Notes: generated from the letters alone by a model not told the origin. Numbered from the stretch's first letter, positions 11,001-23,660 are shown. The stretch: DNA of 64,000 nt from Amphiscolops sp. MND2022 (GCA_964187785.1 OZ076412.1:57722001-57786000), one strand, 5' to 3'. Numbers and translations are program-made.

Positions 11001-14000
11001 TTGTTGTGTGCTGCCTTAAAATGACCAATGTTTAATATAGATTTCACAAAATTCTTTCATTTTGGACAAAACATAACGTACAAATTTTTGCTGATATGGC
11101 AAATCTTAAATGATCATACGTTAGAAAGCCAAAACAAAGTTCTCTCAAATAGCATCAAGCTACAGGGTGATATGTGCCTTTGTCACACTGCGCAGTTAAC
11201 CTAAATAGCCACGTCTCTGAAATGTGCGAAAATAGGTGCCTCTCTTATTTTTCACACTGAATGATGACAGTGTCCACTTCCGTTTTTCCCGGTCTTCAAT
11301 TCAGAAAAAATGAGTAACAATCAAGCAACATGCATTCTGTGATAATCCTTGGTCTGGCTCAGATTGTAGACTTTGACGCCAAGGCTGAGACCCTCAGCAC
11401 ACTGATGTGGCCCCTGGTTTGCTGGCATGACATCAACATCCATTGGGACCCCACACAGAACGATGGTACTCTTAGTGGAGACAGTATTCACTATTTTTCT
11501 ATTACAAAATCTCGAATAAAATTCAACTAAAAGATGGCAAAAAGAGATACATGTGAAGTTTTTGCAAATTTGACAACGTAAACGTTCGTCAAGAAGGTAC
11601 GAAGGTTCTTTTTTTATTGTATTTTATCGTAATGATTTCGTTTTAAAAACAAGTGACAACTTTTCAAAATGAGCAGGTCTAGTTCTCTTTTGATATTTCC
11701 GAACTGGCTCTAACCATCCATCAATAACAATATCAAATTTAGAAAGTGACGCTTCCTGAATAGATTTTTCTAATAACTACAATCATACATTTGTGTTAAT
11801 ACTTGTCCAACGTCAATGGAATATTAAAATATATATTCCGGAAACACAAATACATTCGAACAAAAAATAAGTATTTTTACTCATTGTCAATTTGATAAAA
11901 TACAATATAGGTTTCTTACATCCTATGTACAGCTAGCTAGTGCGCAATTATCTCCATTGAAGATCATTTCCATTGCAACAAAAAAATTTGAGATGCTCAA
12001 AGTTTTTTCCGATAATGTATGTTCCTATAAAAACCTTTCTTGACATATGGTTTTTGTATTTGCAGGTGGTTTCAAAAAATTGTTCTCATTACAATTCAAA
12101 GACGAATCTAATAGCCCTAGGTTACAAGAGTCACAAATCTTGCAAAATTCTTCCGAAATTCTCGTCAACTTTGCATTTCTCAAAAGAATCTTACAAATTT
12201 GTACAAGAATCGCAAATTTTGCAAAATTGTTACAACGTCGAACATTTTTTACAAGATTCTGATAACATTTTTGCAAAAAATGCATTTTTTTCGTGAAATT
12301 CTTACGAAAAATGTGATGTGTTATTTCGACCAAAATTTCAAAAATCATCAAGTAGCAACAACAGCCACAGTTGCCGTTTACAATGCACAAACTGTCCCAG
12401 GATCCCAGCAAAGGGCCCAAATTGTTAATTTTGAGCTAGAAGAATTTACATGCAATTTTACCCCAAAAATTACTATGAAGTATACCAGCTATGAAACTCC
12501 GGACAAAAATTCCGAGAACTCTTCTGCTAATGATGATAGGAATATGAACATGGTACCAAATGAAAATACATTTCAAGGGATTTACAAGGGTTCTAACGCA
12601 AACCTGCTGTCATCTGCTGTGATGGAGAAAATCAGTACAAAGACGAAACCACCTGAGCAATGTCATATTGAAAACTGTAAAAACCCTGAAAATTGTAGCA
12701 AAATCAACCATCGTTTTCATTTCTTCTCCAGCCCATTTCAGCTAGTCAGGAGACTGTTGAGAATGGAAGATATTGCTCCCTTAGGGGCAATGACACCACG
12801 CTAGGGCTGTAATGTTGTAAGCGAAAGCTTTACAACAATAACATCAAAAAATGCTCATGATACAAATAAGGCATTCCGATAATTTAAGATCTAGATGCTC
12901 TAATATGGGCAATTGTATCATTTTTCGCTTACAGATCGTTTTCTTTTGCAGCCGTTTAATTTTTTGAGGCAGGAAATGCAAAAAAATGTCAGATTTATGC
13001 ATTTTTTGTAACATTCTGAGAGCAGAAATATGCAAATCTTGCAAGATTTTTGCAAGAGTTAGATTCAAAAATTGCATTTTCTTACAAGATCTTACAAGAA
13101 TTCTTGTAAGAATTTTGCAAGAGTTGTGATTTTTGTAACTCAGGGAGACTACGGGCTGTTGTTCGTCACTCATTTCAAAGATGAAAAAGTGATTTGTTGT
13201 TTAAAAAATGCTTTGATAGAGTCTCGTTTGTAGTTATTTCTCACAAATTTATCACAAAAAAGGCTCAAGTAGCTTTATAGTCAATCAAATGTCGGTCAGC
13301 CGTTCAATTCAAGAACTCAATACCAGTAATGAGCGGATCTGTATCAGTTTTAGTTTGACCAAAATTTATAATGCATTTAAACGCGTCCTGTTGAACAATG
13401 GGCCAATTTCACCTCAAACTTTAATGTAGCACAAAACAGCCGACTTGAACGAAATACGAAAAAGTGAGGCTTAGCCCCCAAATCAGGAGTTGAAATATTC
13501 GGTATAGCACAATACACAATGTTGCATTTTCTTTCAAACATTGCTACATTATTTGCGTATTTAATTTTTTCCTTAGTGCTTATTAGTTTTGATCAATACA
13601 CGCACTTGATGCGTAAAGAAACGGTCGACTGTTTTGTACTGTATTCAAAATCGCATATTTTGTTCCGTTTTGAAAATTGTCCCGCTCTCCTTAATCACTG
13701 TTTTAAAAAAGATAAATCGTTTGCAACATTATAAACTTGCATGCAATCTCTCTAGGTGTTGACGTCATCAGAATAAACCAGAATGAAATCTGGATACCTG
13801 ACTTGATTCCCTACAATGATGTGGGTAGCTGGGACACAGAGAAGTACAAAAACCTGATCCCTTTGTTTGCCAGACACGATGGCAAAGTTTGCTGGATGTT
13901 CCCAACTATCATGGAGACCATCTGCACAATGGACGTGTATGATTTTCCCTACGACATGCAAAGGTGTCAGGTCAGAGACCGGTCATGACTAAGTGACGTC

Positions 14001-16999
14001 ACACTGAAAATTTATGCCAAAATTGAGTTATTTGATTTTAAAAATACTTGATTTGTGTAGCTTGGGTTTTTTTAAATAAATTCAAAGCAGTAAATTAAAT
14101 TTGAAGCGGGAATTTTCCACAAAACATAGAAAAATTTTTGAACAAAATCAGACAATCTCGAAAGATGTAAAATACGTCTCTGCCTTTTATGACATGCCAT
14201 AACAGCGCTCTCAACTAAAAAATCAGAGTTGTCACAAGAAAGCATAAATTCTAAAGCAATTATTTTTTGCATTTTTCGAAATCCATTTCAAAAGCAAATG
14301 AATCGAAGTCGATTTGTTTTTCTAATTAGTTTTATCGAAAAATAACACTGTTTCATGAACAATGTCCGGACTTTTTGTCGATGGTTTTCAGGTGCAACTG
14401 GGATCTTGGCAGTACAGCACGGCTGAAGTCCAAACCAGGTGTCTCCACCATGATCTCGACATGAGTGCCTTCACACCAAACTCACACTGGCAACTCACAA
14501 GTAGGAACACTTTTTCATTTCCGGCCTCAATTACAAAGACTTACAAAAAGCATGACCAGACTTTTCAGTCCACCAAAAGATACATTAATATTAAATTTAA
14601 AATAGTGACAATAGAGACAACGAAAAAGAAAAATGAGAGTTCTGGTATGATTCACATGTTAATATAGTCGCCTTGTTTCTCGAATATTTTGACTAATCGA
14701 GAATCTACCGACGACGTCAATTTTTTGATAAATTTTGGGGTAATTCAAGCATGCGCCTGCTTGATGGCGCTCCAGAGGTCATATTGGCACGAACACTGCT
14801 TGCATTCTGCGAAAACTTTGCATTTTATGATTGACCACATATTTTCTATTGGATACGTTGGGTAAAAAACCAGCTTCTAAAAAAATGGCAGCACTCGTGG
14901 AAATTTTCATTGTTTTCATTACAATTCTAAGTCGTCAAAATGATCGGTCACTATATGATTTTATTTTTCCAAGACGGTTGTTCTGGCGCACTTTTTAAAA
15001 ACTCACGTAAAAGTGTCGAAACACTCAAAGGGTACCTTTCGTGCTCAGAAAACGCCTGAAACGTTCAGATATAACTGGGAGTGCTTTTTCCGAACATTGG
15101 TTTCGTCAAAACTGGGATATAACGTGAAAACTTGGATATAGCGCACTAATTTTGATCCTCTGCTTTCTCTTTAGCAAAGTGCAATATACTTTGGATATAA
15201 CGTCAAAAGAGTGTCTTCGGATATGTCTTCGGATATAGTGTGCTGAAATAAATGGCTCAGCTTCCTCATTGGTAAAACGCAATATAGTTCGGAATACGTC
15301 ACAAATTCGGATTTAGCACAATATTTTTGAACCTCCACCTTGTCTTTAGTGAAACGCAATTTTCTTCGTATAAACGTCAAAAATTCGGATGGTATTTAAA
15401 AATATTATCGGTGGATATACACGTGGAGAAAACCTAATATCAGACGGAACATGAGAGTTTCGAAGAGTCTCATAGTGCCGAAATGGGGGCCCTTTGGTGT
15501 TTTTTAAAAATCTATTCCGTTGCAAAATGTCCCAAAAATTGAAAGGGGGACCTTCTGGAGACTTTCAAAAATATTCCAATAGAGTCTCTGTGCCAGACCC
15601 TTTAGTCCTCGTTCGGTTTTGTATGTTACGTTTGAAAAGGAAAAATAAAAAGGGACCCTTCGAACTAACTTAGATGCGTTTCCGCTGGCTGGAATTGGCT
15701 GGTCCATTAGTTTAGTAGTTTTAGTAGTTTCTATAAAAAGTGTCCACTATGCGTACATTGATATCTGACGAAAAAAAACCTGAAATACACCGACTAAAGA
15801 AACTAGGCACTGTAACAGTTGCGTTCATTTTCTACTTAAATGATTATATGTAACAAAAAACCAAAGCGTCACCGTTTACCAAGTTTTGCTTTATTTAGGT
15901 TGTCTTCGACAACTTTTGGTGGAATTTGAAAGAATCACTCTCTTGTCATGAGACGTGAATAAGGAATTTTGACGTGCTAATTCAATGGTCCCCCTTTGGA
16001 ATATTTTATAGTCAGGAACAAAAATAGTTTTACAAGCCTGAAGCGCTTGGAGATTCTTAAACTGATGAATTTTTTCTCCGCAACTGTTTCTGTGCATGTT
16101 TTTAAGATTTCATTCATTGTGAGATCGAAGCAGGCGCCGACTTAAGCCAATCTCACTTATTTCCAATTGATTTCAATATATGTTGCTTCTTGATAAAAAC
16201 AGTAATGTATATTAATAACCTACATAAGTTGCAGCACCGAATATCAAATCTAAATAGCACTTTCGAAGTTTGTTTGTAAACAACTTCCTATCACGAACGT
16301 CTGTTGTTGTTTGGTCGGCGGTGATATGACAGTATGAAACTTTCATTTTTGAGATTGTGAGGCCAAGTCTGTTTAGGGTCGACTTGTGAAGAAAAAGAAG
16401 AGCTGTACTTTGACAGCAGGAAGTACAGTTTCGTTTACTTGAACATCGATTTACAAAGAATGGACAAGTTCTACGTTCAGAACCTCATCCTTCCAACTGG
16501 GATCCTCCTAGCTCTCAGCAGTCTCATATTTTTCCTGCCCTCGGAACTTTCAGACAGAATCGGATATGGGATAACTGTGACGTTGGCTCTTTGTGTTAAC
16601 CTCGTCATTGTGATCGACTTCATTCCCGAAACTTCTAGAACTATTCCCTCACTTTGCACTTACTTTTTAGTCAGTATTTGTCTCTCGGGATTCTCAATTC
16701 TTCTCTCAGCTGTTTCTCTAAACATGGCGTCATCACAAAATCAAAGCGAAGCGAACATCGTCAGCTTAAAACCAATTGAAGCGCATGAGAACGAATTGAA
16801 TGGCGACCAATGTAACGCGATATCTATTCCTTCTCGTTCAGCCAATGAGAGAACAAGCAGTCGCTCCAAACTTGGAAAACTTCTTCAGCACGTTGTACCG
16901 AAGCGAGTTCAAGACCCAATGAAATTTCTGGACAGAGCTGCCGGTTCAATTTACTTCGTGGCCACGACTTTGTACACAATCTACTTTTTGTGGAAGTAA
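2069..16999 (+). CDS. Cys-loop ligand-gated ion channel subunit (nAChR/5-HT3-like, non-alpha), 421 aa; exons 2069-2284, 11363-11465, 13756-13970, 14392-14500, 16377-16999
   Basis: Exons join in frame (1266 nt). Signal peptide, RPV motif, WxD (WHD), IWIPDL, Cys-loop CTMDVYDFPYDMQRC (C-x13-C), GSWQY, M1-M3 with DRIGYGITVTL and a C-terminal M4. Intron 1 needs a GG donor. Confidence 0.93.
3737..5360 (-). repeat. 3' LTR (1624 bp)
   Basis: Direct repeat of 8753-10376, preceded on the minus strand by the PPT. Confidence 0.95.
3777..6256. repeat. Array of GG(A/C)C-N5-G(T/G)CC dyads
   Basis: GGAC-N5-GTCC at 3777, 3858, 4236, 4399, 4502, 4803, 4953, 5057, 5292, 6011, 6153. GGCC variants at 4611, 4884, 5212, 5924, 6244. 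One-mismatch copies at 4710, 5155, 5469. Mirrored in the 5' LTR at +5016. Confidence 0.92.
7657..8220 (-). pseudogene. Low-complexity ORF downstream of gag, possibly the post-integrase tail of a deleted pol
   Basis: 187-aa acidic, N/T/E-rich ORF immediately after gag. No catalytic motifs. Confidence 0.4.
8238..9266 (-). CDS. Gag-like protein (342 aa) with two CCHC zinc knuckles; its first 514 nt lie inside the 5' LTR
   Basis: CAYCKATNHFYKNC and CPTCSKTNHTAEKC (CX2CX4HX4C). The ORF crosses the LTR/PBS junction at SPY-M-VTG. Confidence 0.88.
   Translation of the reverse strand: MDTMSIDNDRDMMLGGINSNYIEKKFEIVLNHSLGRGDPEAILTYKIPSQQIENRNIGCRIETTRSDRHLESMELLSEELNLRLSQVTDSLMNFLQVQITRAINSAINDKMVPEIQNIMGTLSSGQKDTESGSSPNNQDNTEGTNGFISKITKKDSRSACNLRDTDDRSPYMVTGVNDTQRSIPEFLTGRIHSDPNLEVQESVHNVLMDTTPPTPETTMLEIFQSLLSNSLDTNKAAQCAYCKATNHFYKNCPKLKKKRKVEDKSDKKPQRPTYPECPTCSKTNHTAEKCWKGAGANLRPKRNKAKTKPSPRPGDEASPYINDKQSSATSGHIISQKPNSKN
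8753..10376 (-). repeat. 5' LTR (1624 bp)
   Basis: Direct repeat of 3737-5360, followed on the minus strand by the PBS. Confidence 0.95.
12116..13146. mobile_element. Foldback/MITE-like element with long diverged terminal inverted repeats
   Basis: GGTTACAAGAGTCACAAATCTTGCAAAATTCTT at about 12120 mirrors AAGAATTTTGCAAGAGTTGTGATTTTTGTAAC at about 13108-13140. Arms of roughly 190 bp built from CTTGCAAGA-like subrepeats. No clear TSD. Confidence 0.6.
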
Positions 17000-17234
17000 C
17001 AAAATAACATCATCTCCTATTATGCGTTTTTCATTCAGGATACTTCCTATCATACCCCCGAGAAATTAGATAGTCCACATATTTATTTGAACAAAACACC
17101 CGCTAAACACTGGGATATTTTTCGATCTGAACTACATGAGAACTTGTTCAAAACTTTCACAAATGTCGAACAGTTGAACTAAACTTTTCCGCATTTTGAC
17201 TTCTCGGTACTCTCTCCACAAAAGTTTAGAAATC

Positions 17235-17603
17235 GGACCATGTTTCTTATCCCCCCAAGCGGCTTCAGAAAGGGGATTAGGAACAAAGTTCAACTGCCAT
17301 AATGTCAACATCCTTTGCATAAAATAATTGATGTCCACATTAACTTATCTTTTACATTGGTTCACACTTAAAAGTTCCTCATTTTAATTTATGGCGGAGA
17401 AAACTTACATTCAAACAAGGGCTTTTCTACACGATTTTTTGCTTTTCTGTAAGAAAAATATCAAAGTCCGGATAATTTTTTGCTGCAAGTGTGGAAACAA
17501 CTCTAGAGGCAATCCTCTTTTATTCGCCCAAATACATTTTTTTCAATTGTAAAAGTTGTTTTCCTTTTGGGGCTGAATTATTTGGGGATAAGAAGCATGG
17601 TCC
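17235..17603. repeat. Inverted repeat pair, probable MITE remnant
   Basis: GGACCATGTTTCTTATCCCC (17235-17254) matches the reverse complement of 17584-17603 at 19/20 positions. Confidence 0.55.
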
Positions 17604-18639
17604 CAGCTATCTTCATAAACACATATGCTATGAACCTAACGTTTCATGGTTGTAGAGCTGTATTATTTGAGTCTAAAACTAAAATATGGTAAAATTTGTG
17701 AAAAAGACCCAGCTGAGAGATTCACTTTTGTTCTCAAAAAATTGGCTTCTCAAAGGTAAAGAAGAAGAATCTCACGTAAAAATGGGCTGAAAATAGTTTT
17801 TAGGCCGAACTGCTTGAGCAGTGCGACATGATGAGGAACTGAAATTTGATTAATGGTCTGCATTTAGAGGTCAAATGATCGGACTTGAGTTCATTTAAAA
17901 TGGGGCATAATTTTTTGCCTCTGAAAAATATAATGAAATTAGGTGATCAGTAAGTAAATTGAGATCATCATTTACTGTAACTTCAAAGCAAATCGAGAAA
18001 GGTTCTTTTCGTGATTGTTCTACAGAAATTTGAAATCTTTTGCAGCGAATTATACCCTTTTAAACGGTATATCCTATTCAATATTTTCAGCCATTACTGC
18101 TTGTGAGTAAATTTTTCAGAGAAACTGATTTTTCCTCTTCCCAAAAATTAGTTACCTTGTTGGGAACGAAAAGATGGGGTGGAATTGTCGTTGGCAATCA
18201 CAACCGTAGTAAAGTTACAGCTAAATTACAGGAAAAATCAGATGAACAACCGCCTCAGCGGAAGCGCCACTAATGTCCTGAGTTTTCGTTACGTCAGCGA
18301 CGCGGTTTGTAAACATTGAGCGAACGACGTTTTCCGGCATTTGATGTGAAATTAACTGTCTTATGAAACAAAAATCGGACTCAAGGCATTTTTCTTTTAA
18401 TCGTTATCAAGAAACAGTTTTTTTCTAGTTCAATTTAAAAAAATACTGACATTTCGACACCGGTTCTATGCGCACTTCTACCCTGGTGAGCCTATTCTGT
18501 GCAAAATTTCTCCCTAAATTTATTTACTTGAAAAAAAAGAAATCGAGAAAAACCCCTATCATTTTTAATTCAAAATTGAAAAAAATCGCATAGTGTCAGA
18601 AACCTCCAGGTTGAAAAAGATAAATCACATGACGATAAA

Positions 18640-21600
18640 TGTGTCATTCAGATGACTCATAATTTGATTGAATCAACTCATGCATCAAAAAGTCATGAAC
18701 AACCAATGAAACTATTGATTTGATTGGCATTTTGGAAGGATTTTTACTTGTTGCAGTGTGATTAGTTAACTTTTCGATGATTCATTAATCGCGGTAAATA
18801 GAAATTCAGAATTGTGTAACAACCCAATTATTGTTCAGATTTGAGAACAAAAAAGACTTTCGACAAATACCTGCAGCTTCTTCCCCAAGACGTTTTCCCC
18901 ATAGGCGGAACATTCAAATCACAGCATCATGGAAAAAACAGCAAGGGCGTTATCCCTCAGAAATTTCAAAAAAGCATGTATAAGGTATGAGAACTTCTTG
19001 TTAACTTTGATCCCGATTTTGAAAAGCACCAACCAAGAGATGTTCCAAGATGTGTCAAAAACATGGTTCAATGTCCAAAGTGCACATGAACGTTACATGT
19101 TAACAGTTAGTGATGATACATATGAAGCTGAAATTTTGTGGATAGACGAACCTGAATCCAATGAATTAAGATCGAAAAAATGCCAATTCGACAAGACTTT
19201 AAAGGAAAAGACATTGTCTCTAGAAAAAACGAACTTTGAAGAAAATGCTAAAAGAGTTGCCGAAAAGGAGGTAGATTTGAAATGGAATGAGCTTAGAGAA
19301 AGATGTCGCAAATTGAACGACAGATACAATATCGAACTGAATAGACTCAGCAACATTTGCCAATCTTCCGAAAACATTTCAGCGCCGAACGATAAAACTT
19401 TGAAAGCAGTAAAAGGCGACTTTCAAAAACAACTTAAAGAAAATACGGAGCTATCTGAGGCTCTTGCGGAAATAAAAGATTCGGGTGAACTAGAAAAATT
19501 GAACTGAAATGTTTTTACAAAAATCTCTAACAAATTTGATGTTATCTTCTACCAAGCGTCGAATTCTCTTCCGTGCCAAAGTGAGTGCGGTGGGGAGATG
19601 CAGTAGATGCAAAACGAGTGCTAACGCACATGGAAAAAAAATGAAATTTCCCAAGTTTAGCGGTAACTGTAGAGATTGGCCACAGTTCAAAAAAGACTTC
19701 GAAAAACAAGTTTCTTCTGTCATCGTGGATGAGTCAACTGTCTCATATGCCTTACGAAACGCGTTGACTGACAATGCGAAAAGTTTGGTCCGTAATATGA
19801 ACGACAATATCAAAGAAATGTGGACACGGTTAGATGAGAGGTATGACGATGAAGGCAAGATTGTAGAAATTGTTCTCAATGATATTAAACATTTCCGACC
19901 GATAAAAGAAAATGAAGAAAGGCGTCTCCTGGCTTTTATTTACATCATAGAGAAAGCAACTATGGAATTGAAATATCTAGGGCGGGAGCCTGAAATAAAA
20001 AACAGTACAATTATTTCAATAATTGAAGAAAAATTGCCTGACGACTTGAGAACAAAATGGATCGAAAGAATTTACGAGAAAGATAGTGCAATTGACAAAG
20101 GCGATAAGTTTCCCGGTTTTCTAAAATTTTTGTTGGAGAGGTAAATGGTAGTTGAGTATGACTTGAGTTTGTTGAAACGAAATAAAGAAGAAGTAAAGGC
20201 TAATGTTCCACTGAACCTGGTAGGAGATAGTGGACAAAAGCCAGCAACTCCAAAATGTTTTTTGCATCCTGGATCAGAACATCGGACAGATGAATGCAGA
20301 TTATTCCTGGACAAATCTGTTCGCGAGCGATCGAATCTAGTAAAAGGAAGAAGAGCGTGTTTTAATTGTCTCAATATTGGGCCCACATCACGAATATGTA
20401 AAAGCAGGAAGCAATGCCAGCAAAAGGAATGCGGGAGGAACCATCACACACTCTTGCATGATAGTCAATTTCAAAGAGCAACCCAACAGACTAACCTGTT
20501 TCCCTGCGAAGTGTATCATAGCAGGGGAAACGTGTTTGTTTGCAAATCATGCCAATAGAGATTATCACTCCTACCCAGTCGAAGAATATTCTTTCTCTTT
20601 GGGACTCAGCTTCTACAGTGTCTTTAATTTTGATCTCAGTCGCAAACACCTTGAAAATTCCAGGCAAAGCTGTTTCTATTGTGATGGAAACACTCGGCCA
20701 AACAAAAAGAAAGCAAACAAAACTGTTCAAAGTCAATATAGGAGATCGAGACGACAATCTCGTTCTCGTTGAAGCGTATGGTGTTGATCTAATATCGACT
20801 GAGGAATACAGTACAGAACCTCATCGAACAATTTTTCCGACGGAGTTTCAGAATCATCAGGACAAAAGGGAATTTATTTCAATACTTTTGGGTTTGAACG
20901 TTGTACAGTATCACCCTGTACCAGTAAAATGTTGTGGAAATTTTGTCTTGTTTGAAAATGCATTGAAAATGCTGACACTAAAAGAAATTGAAGAGGCATG
21001 GAATTTCATAGTCAAACACGAGCAGAAAGAACTTCAACAAAGTTTTGAAAGCGGAAAATTTGAACGTTTAGGTGCTTTTAAAAACGAGAAAGGTTTGATT
21101 ATGGCTGGCCGGAGGATCAATGAAGTTGTGCCATTATTACCAAAATCATCAAAATTTGTGAAGCTGGCAAAAAAAGAAGCACACCAACCTGGTCACCTAG
21201 GAGAATTAGCAACTGCAACAAAGTTCGTACGAAACTTTGGTCACCGAACCTGCTAAGAATTATAAAATCTGTTTTAAAGTTTTGCACTAGATGTAGACTT
21301 TACAACAAGGAAAGAGCTTCGCAACTTATGGGTTCTTCAACTGAGGAGCGACTAAATCCATCGTTGCCGTTTACTAACCTATGTATTGATTTGTTCGGAC
21401 CATACAACGTGAGGAGCAATTTGAAAAAGACTTCGCATTGTAAAATTTATGCGGCCATTTTCACTTGCCTTTTTTCTCGAGCAGTACATTTGGATATAGT
21501 AATGGATTACTCGAAAAAGGAGTTCCTGCAAACCTTCAGGAGATTTGTTTCACTTCGCGGATTTCCTGAAGTCATTCATTCTGACTCAGGCACTCAACTA

Positions 21601-22648
21601 GTTAGTGCCAACAAAGCACTTCAAGGCAGCTTCAAGATTATGAATGATGATTTCCTCTTTAAGGAATTAAACTTTAAAGGATTGCGGTGGGAATTTGCAC
21701 CCGGCTGTGCTCCATGGCGGCAAGCTTGCGCTGAACCGCTTATCAGCTCAGTAAAAAAATGCTTGTTTTTTGCTATTGGAAATCAAGTCCTATCGTTGAT
21801 GGAAATGCAAACAATATTGTTCGAGGTTGCAAACCTGATTGATCGACCCATTGGAAGACATCCGACTCACGCTGATGATGGGTTCTACTTGTCTCCCAAT
21901 TCTTTGCTACTCGGTCGTACTCAAAACCCAACTGTGCCGTTTCCAACAAACAATGGATATAATTTGACCCTTCAGAACCTAGTAGAAAATGATTTAGACA
22001 GCTTTTGGAAGAAATGGTAAAGAAATTTTTTGCCACAGATGTGTTTCTACTAAAAATAGCGTTAAACTCACAGGAACTTTGAAAAGGATGATGTAGTGTT
22101 AGTGGAAGATCAAAATACAATTAGACGTATTGGAAGTTAGGAAGGAGTCGAGACGTATATCCTGGACGCGATGGATTAGTGAGAGATGTTGAAGTTGAAA
22201 TTGTCGCAAAGAATGGAGTCAAGACTTGTTTGTCCAGGCCAACTTGTGTTGTTTCTTCCTAAAGACGAACAATGATTAACTGGAAAACATTAAACTTGAT
22301 ACGTTGAAGTTGATGAGTTAATTAAACTGTCAAACTGTCCACAGGAATTTGCTCAATCAGGCGATGTGGCGGGAGTGTGTCATTCAGATGACTCATAATT
22401 TGATTGAATCAACTCATACATCAAAAAGTCATGAACAACCAATGAAACTACTGATTTGATTGCCATTTTGGAAGGGTTTTTACTTGTTGCAGTGTGGTTA
22501 GTTAACTTTTCAATGATTCATTAATCGCGGTAAATAGAAAATCAGAATTTTGTAACAAATCAAATGTTGTTCAGATTTGAGAACAAAAAAGACTTTTGAC
22601 AAATACCTGCAGCTTATTCCCCAAGACGTTTTCCCCATAGGCGGAACA
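18640..22648 (+). mobile_element. Bel/Pao LTR retrotransposon, frameshifted, with RT/RNase H deleted
   Basis: 273-bp LTRs at 18640-18912 and 22376-22648 (TG...CA, about 14 differences), TSD ATAAA, PPT GTGGCGGGAG. Gag PKFSGNCRDWPQF (DUF1759-like), zinc knuckles CFLHPGSEHRTDEC and CFNCLNIGPTSRIC, protease LWDSAST, integrase IDLFGP...HSDSGTQL...QACAE. Confidence 0.93.
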
Positions 22649-23535
22649 ATAAATATTTTAAAAAAAACTAAACAGTTAAAAAGCAAAGGTGGGATTCTTT
22701 GATCTGCTCTACTTTTGCATGAACAAACCATATCAGATCCAACATGGAATTAGAACCCAAGTACACAGGCTTCTCAGCCAAAATCACCACGCAGAGACAC
22801 ATGTTTTAATCATTAGACCAAGGAAAATCATGTTCTAGCAAAGTACGCGAGGTATTTTAGGCAGAATCTGTTACAAAAAAAACAATTGCAAAACGACTTC
22901 AACTAACTTTTCGATTTCCACAGAAACCTGCAAAAAGATTGAAAGGCTGGTTTTCTATAATTTTTTGTTTTCATACAACGAAGTCACACAGTGATTGGAA
23001 TTGCAAAAAAAGTTGCATTTATTATGAAAAGTTGATTCTCGTGTTTCGGAATTCAATGAGAGTCAAGCAAAGATGTAGTCCACGCGTTATAACGCCCACA
23101 AAAAACAGATATGCTGAATCTACGGAAGTTTTTTTGTTTTTTTTTGTGGGCCAGCAACGAAACAAACGAAGAGGAAATTGGAATTTAAAAAATCGAACGT
23201 ATTTTTTGCGATTAGATCAAGAAAACAATTACTTTTCTTCAAAGCGACCATTCAACAGTCGTTAGCCGCTCAAAGACGGCAAACAGTTACCTTAGGAAGT
23301 ACGTTTCATTCAATTTTTCCAAAACTATACTAAATGGCTCAGTCATTAATATGTTGTATCAAAAAAGCTACTGAAAATTCAACCTACTCAGCTGAGCAGT
23401 TCCCCCTTTCTTAATTCCCGCGCATCACATTCGCTGTTTTGAATGCAAAGGTTTTATGATCGAAAACAAGACGCCCGCTAAGCACCGGGATATTTTCCTC
23501 CCTTTTCGCCTTCATCACTTGAGCCATCGCTATTT

Positions 23536-23660
23536 TGGGAGGGGAATAGGATCTAAATAATAAGATCTAAAATTAAGTGATTTTACATCTTATTCCCTTT
23601 AGATCTTATTCCCGTCCTGCAATTTTAGATCTTATTCCCTTTAGATCTTAATCCCATTTT
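23536..23660. repeat. Short palindromic AGATCT-rich repeat; related runs at about 34700-34830 and 36130-36270
   Basis: GGGAATAGGATCTAAA faces several TTTAGATCTTATTCCC units. Confidence 0.45.

Noticed and set aside
10454-11035. 193-aa ORF
   Set aside because: Spans repeat-derived intronic sequence and has no motif or splice support.
2284-11369. Alternative GA-AG reading of channel intron 1 (donor 2286, acceptor after 11369)
   Set aside because: Still non-canonical, and it deletes the I-V residues that align with the conserved QIIDVDEK segment.
12199-12804. 201-aa ORF and overlapping ORFs
   Set aside because: They lie within the foldback element's low-complexity arms and have no recognisable domain.
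11466-13755. Terminal stem in channel intron 2
   Set aside because: Only 5-6 bp with wobbles. Counted as a negative case.
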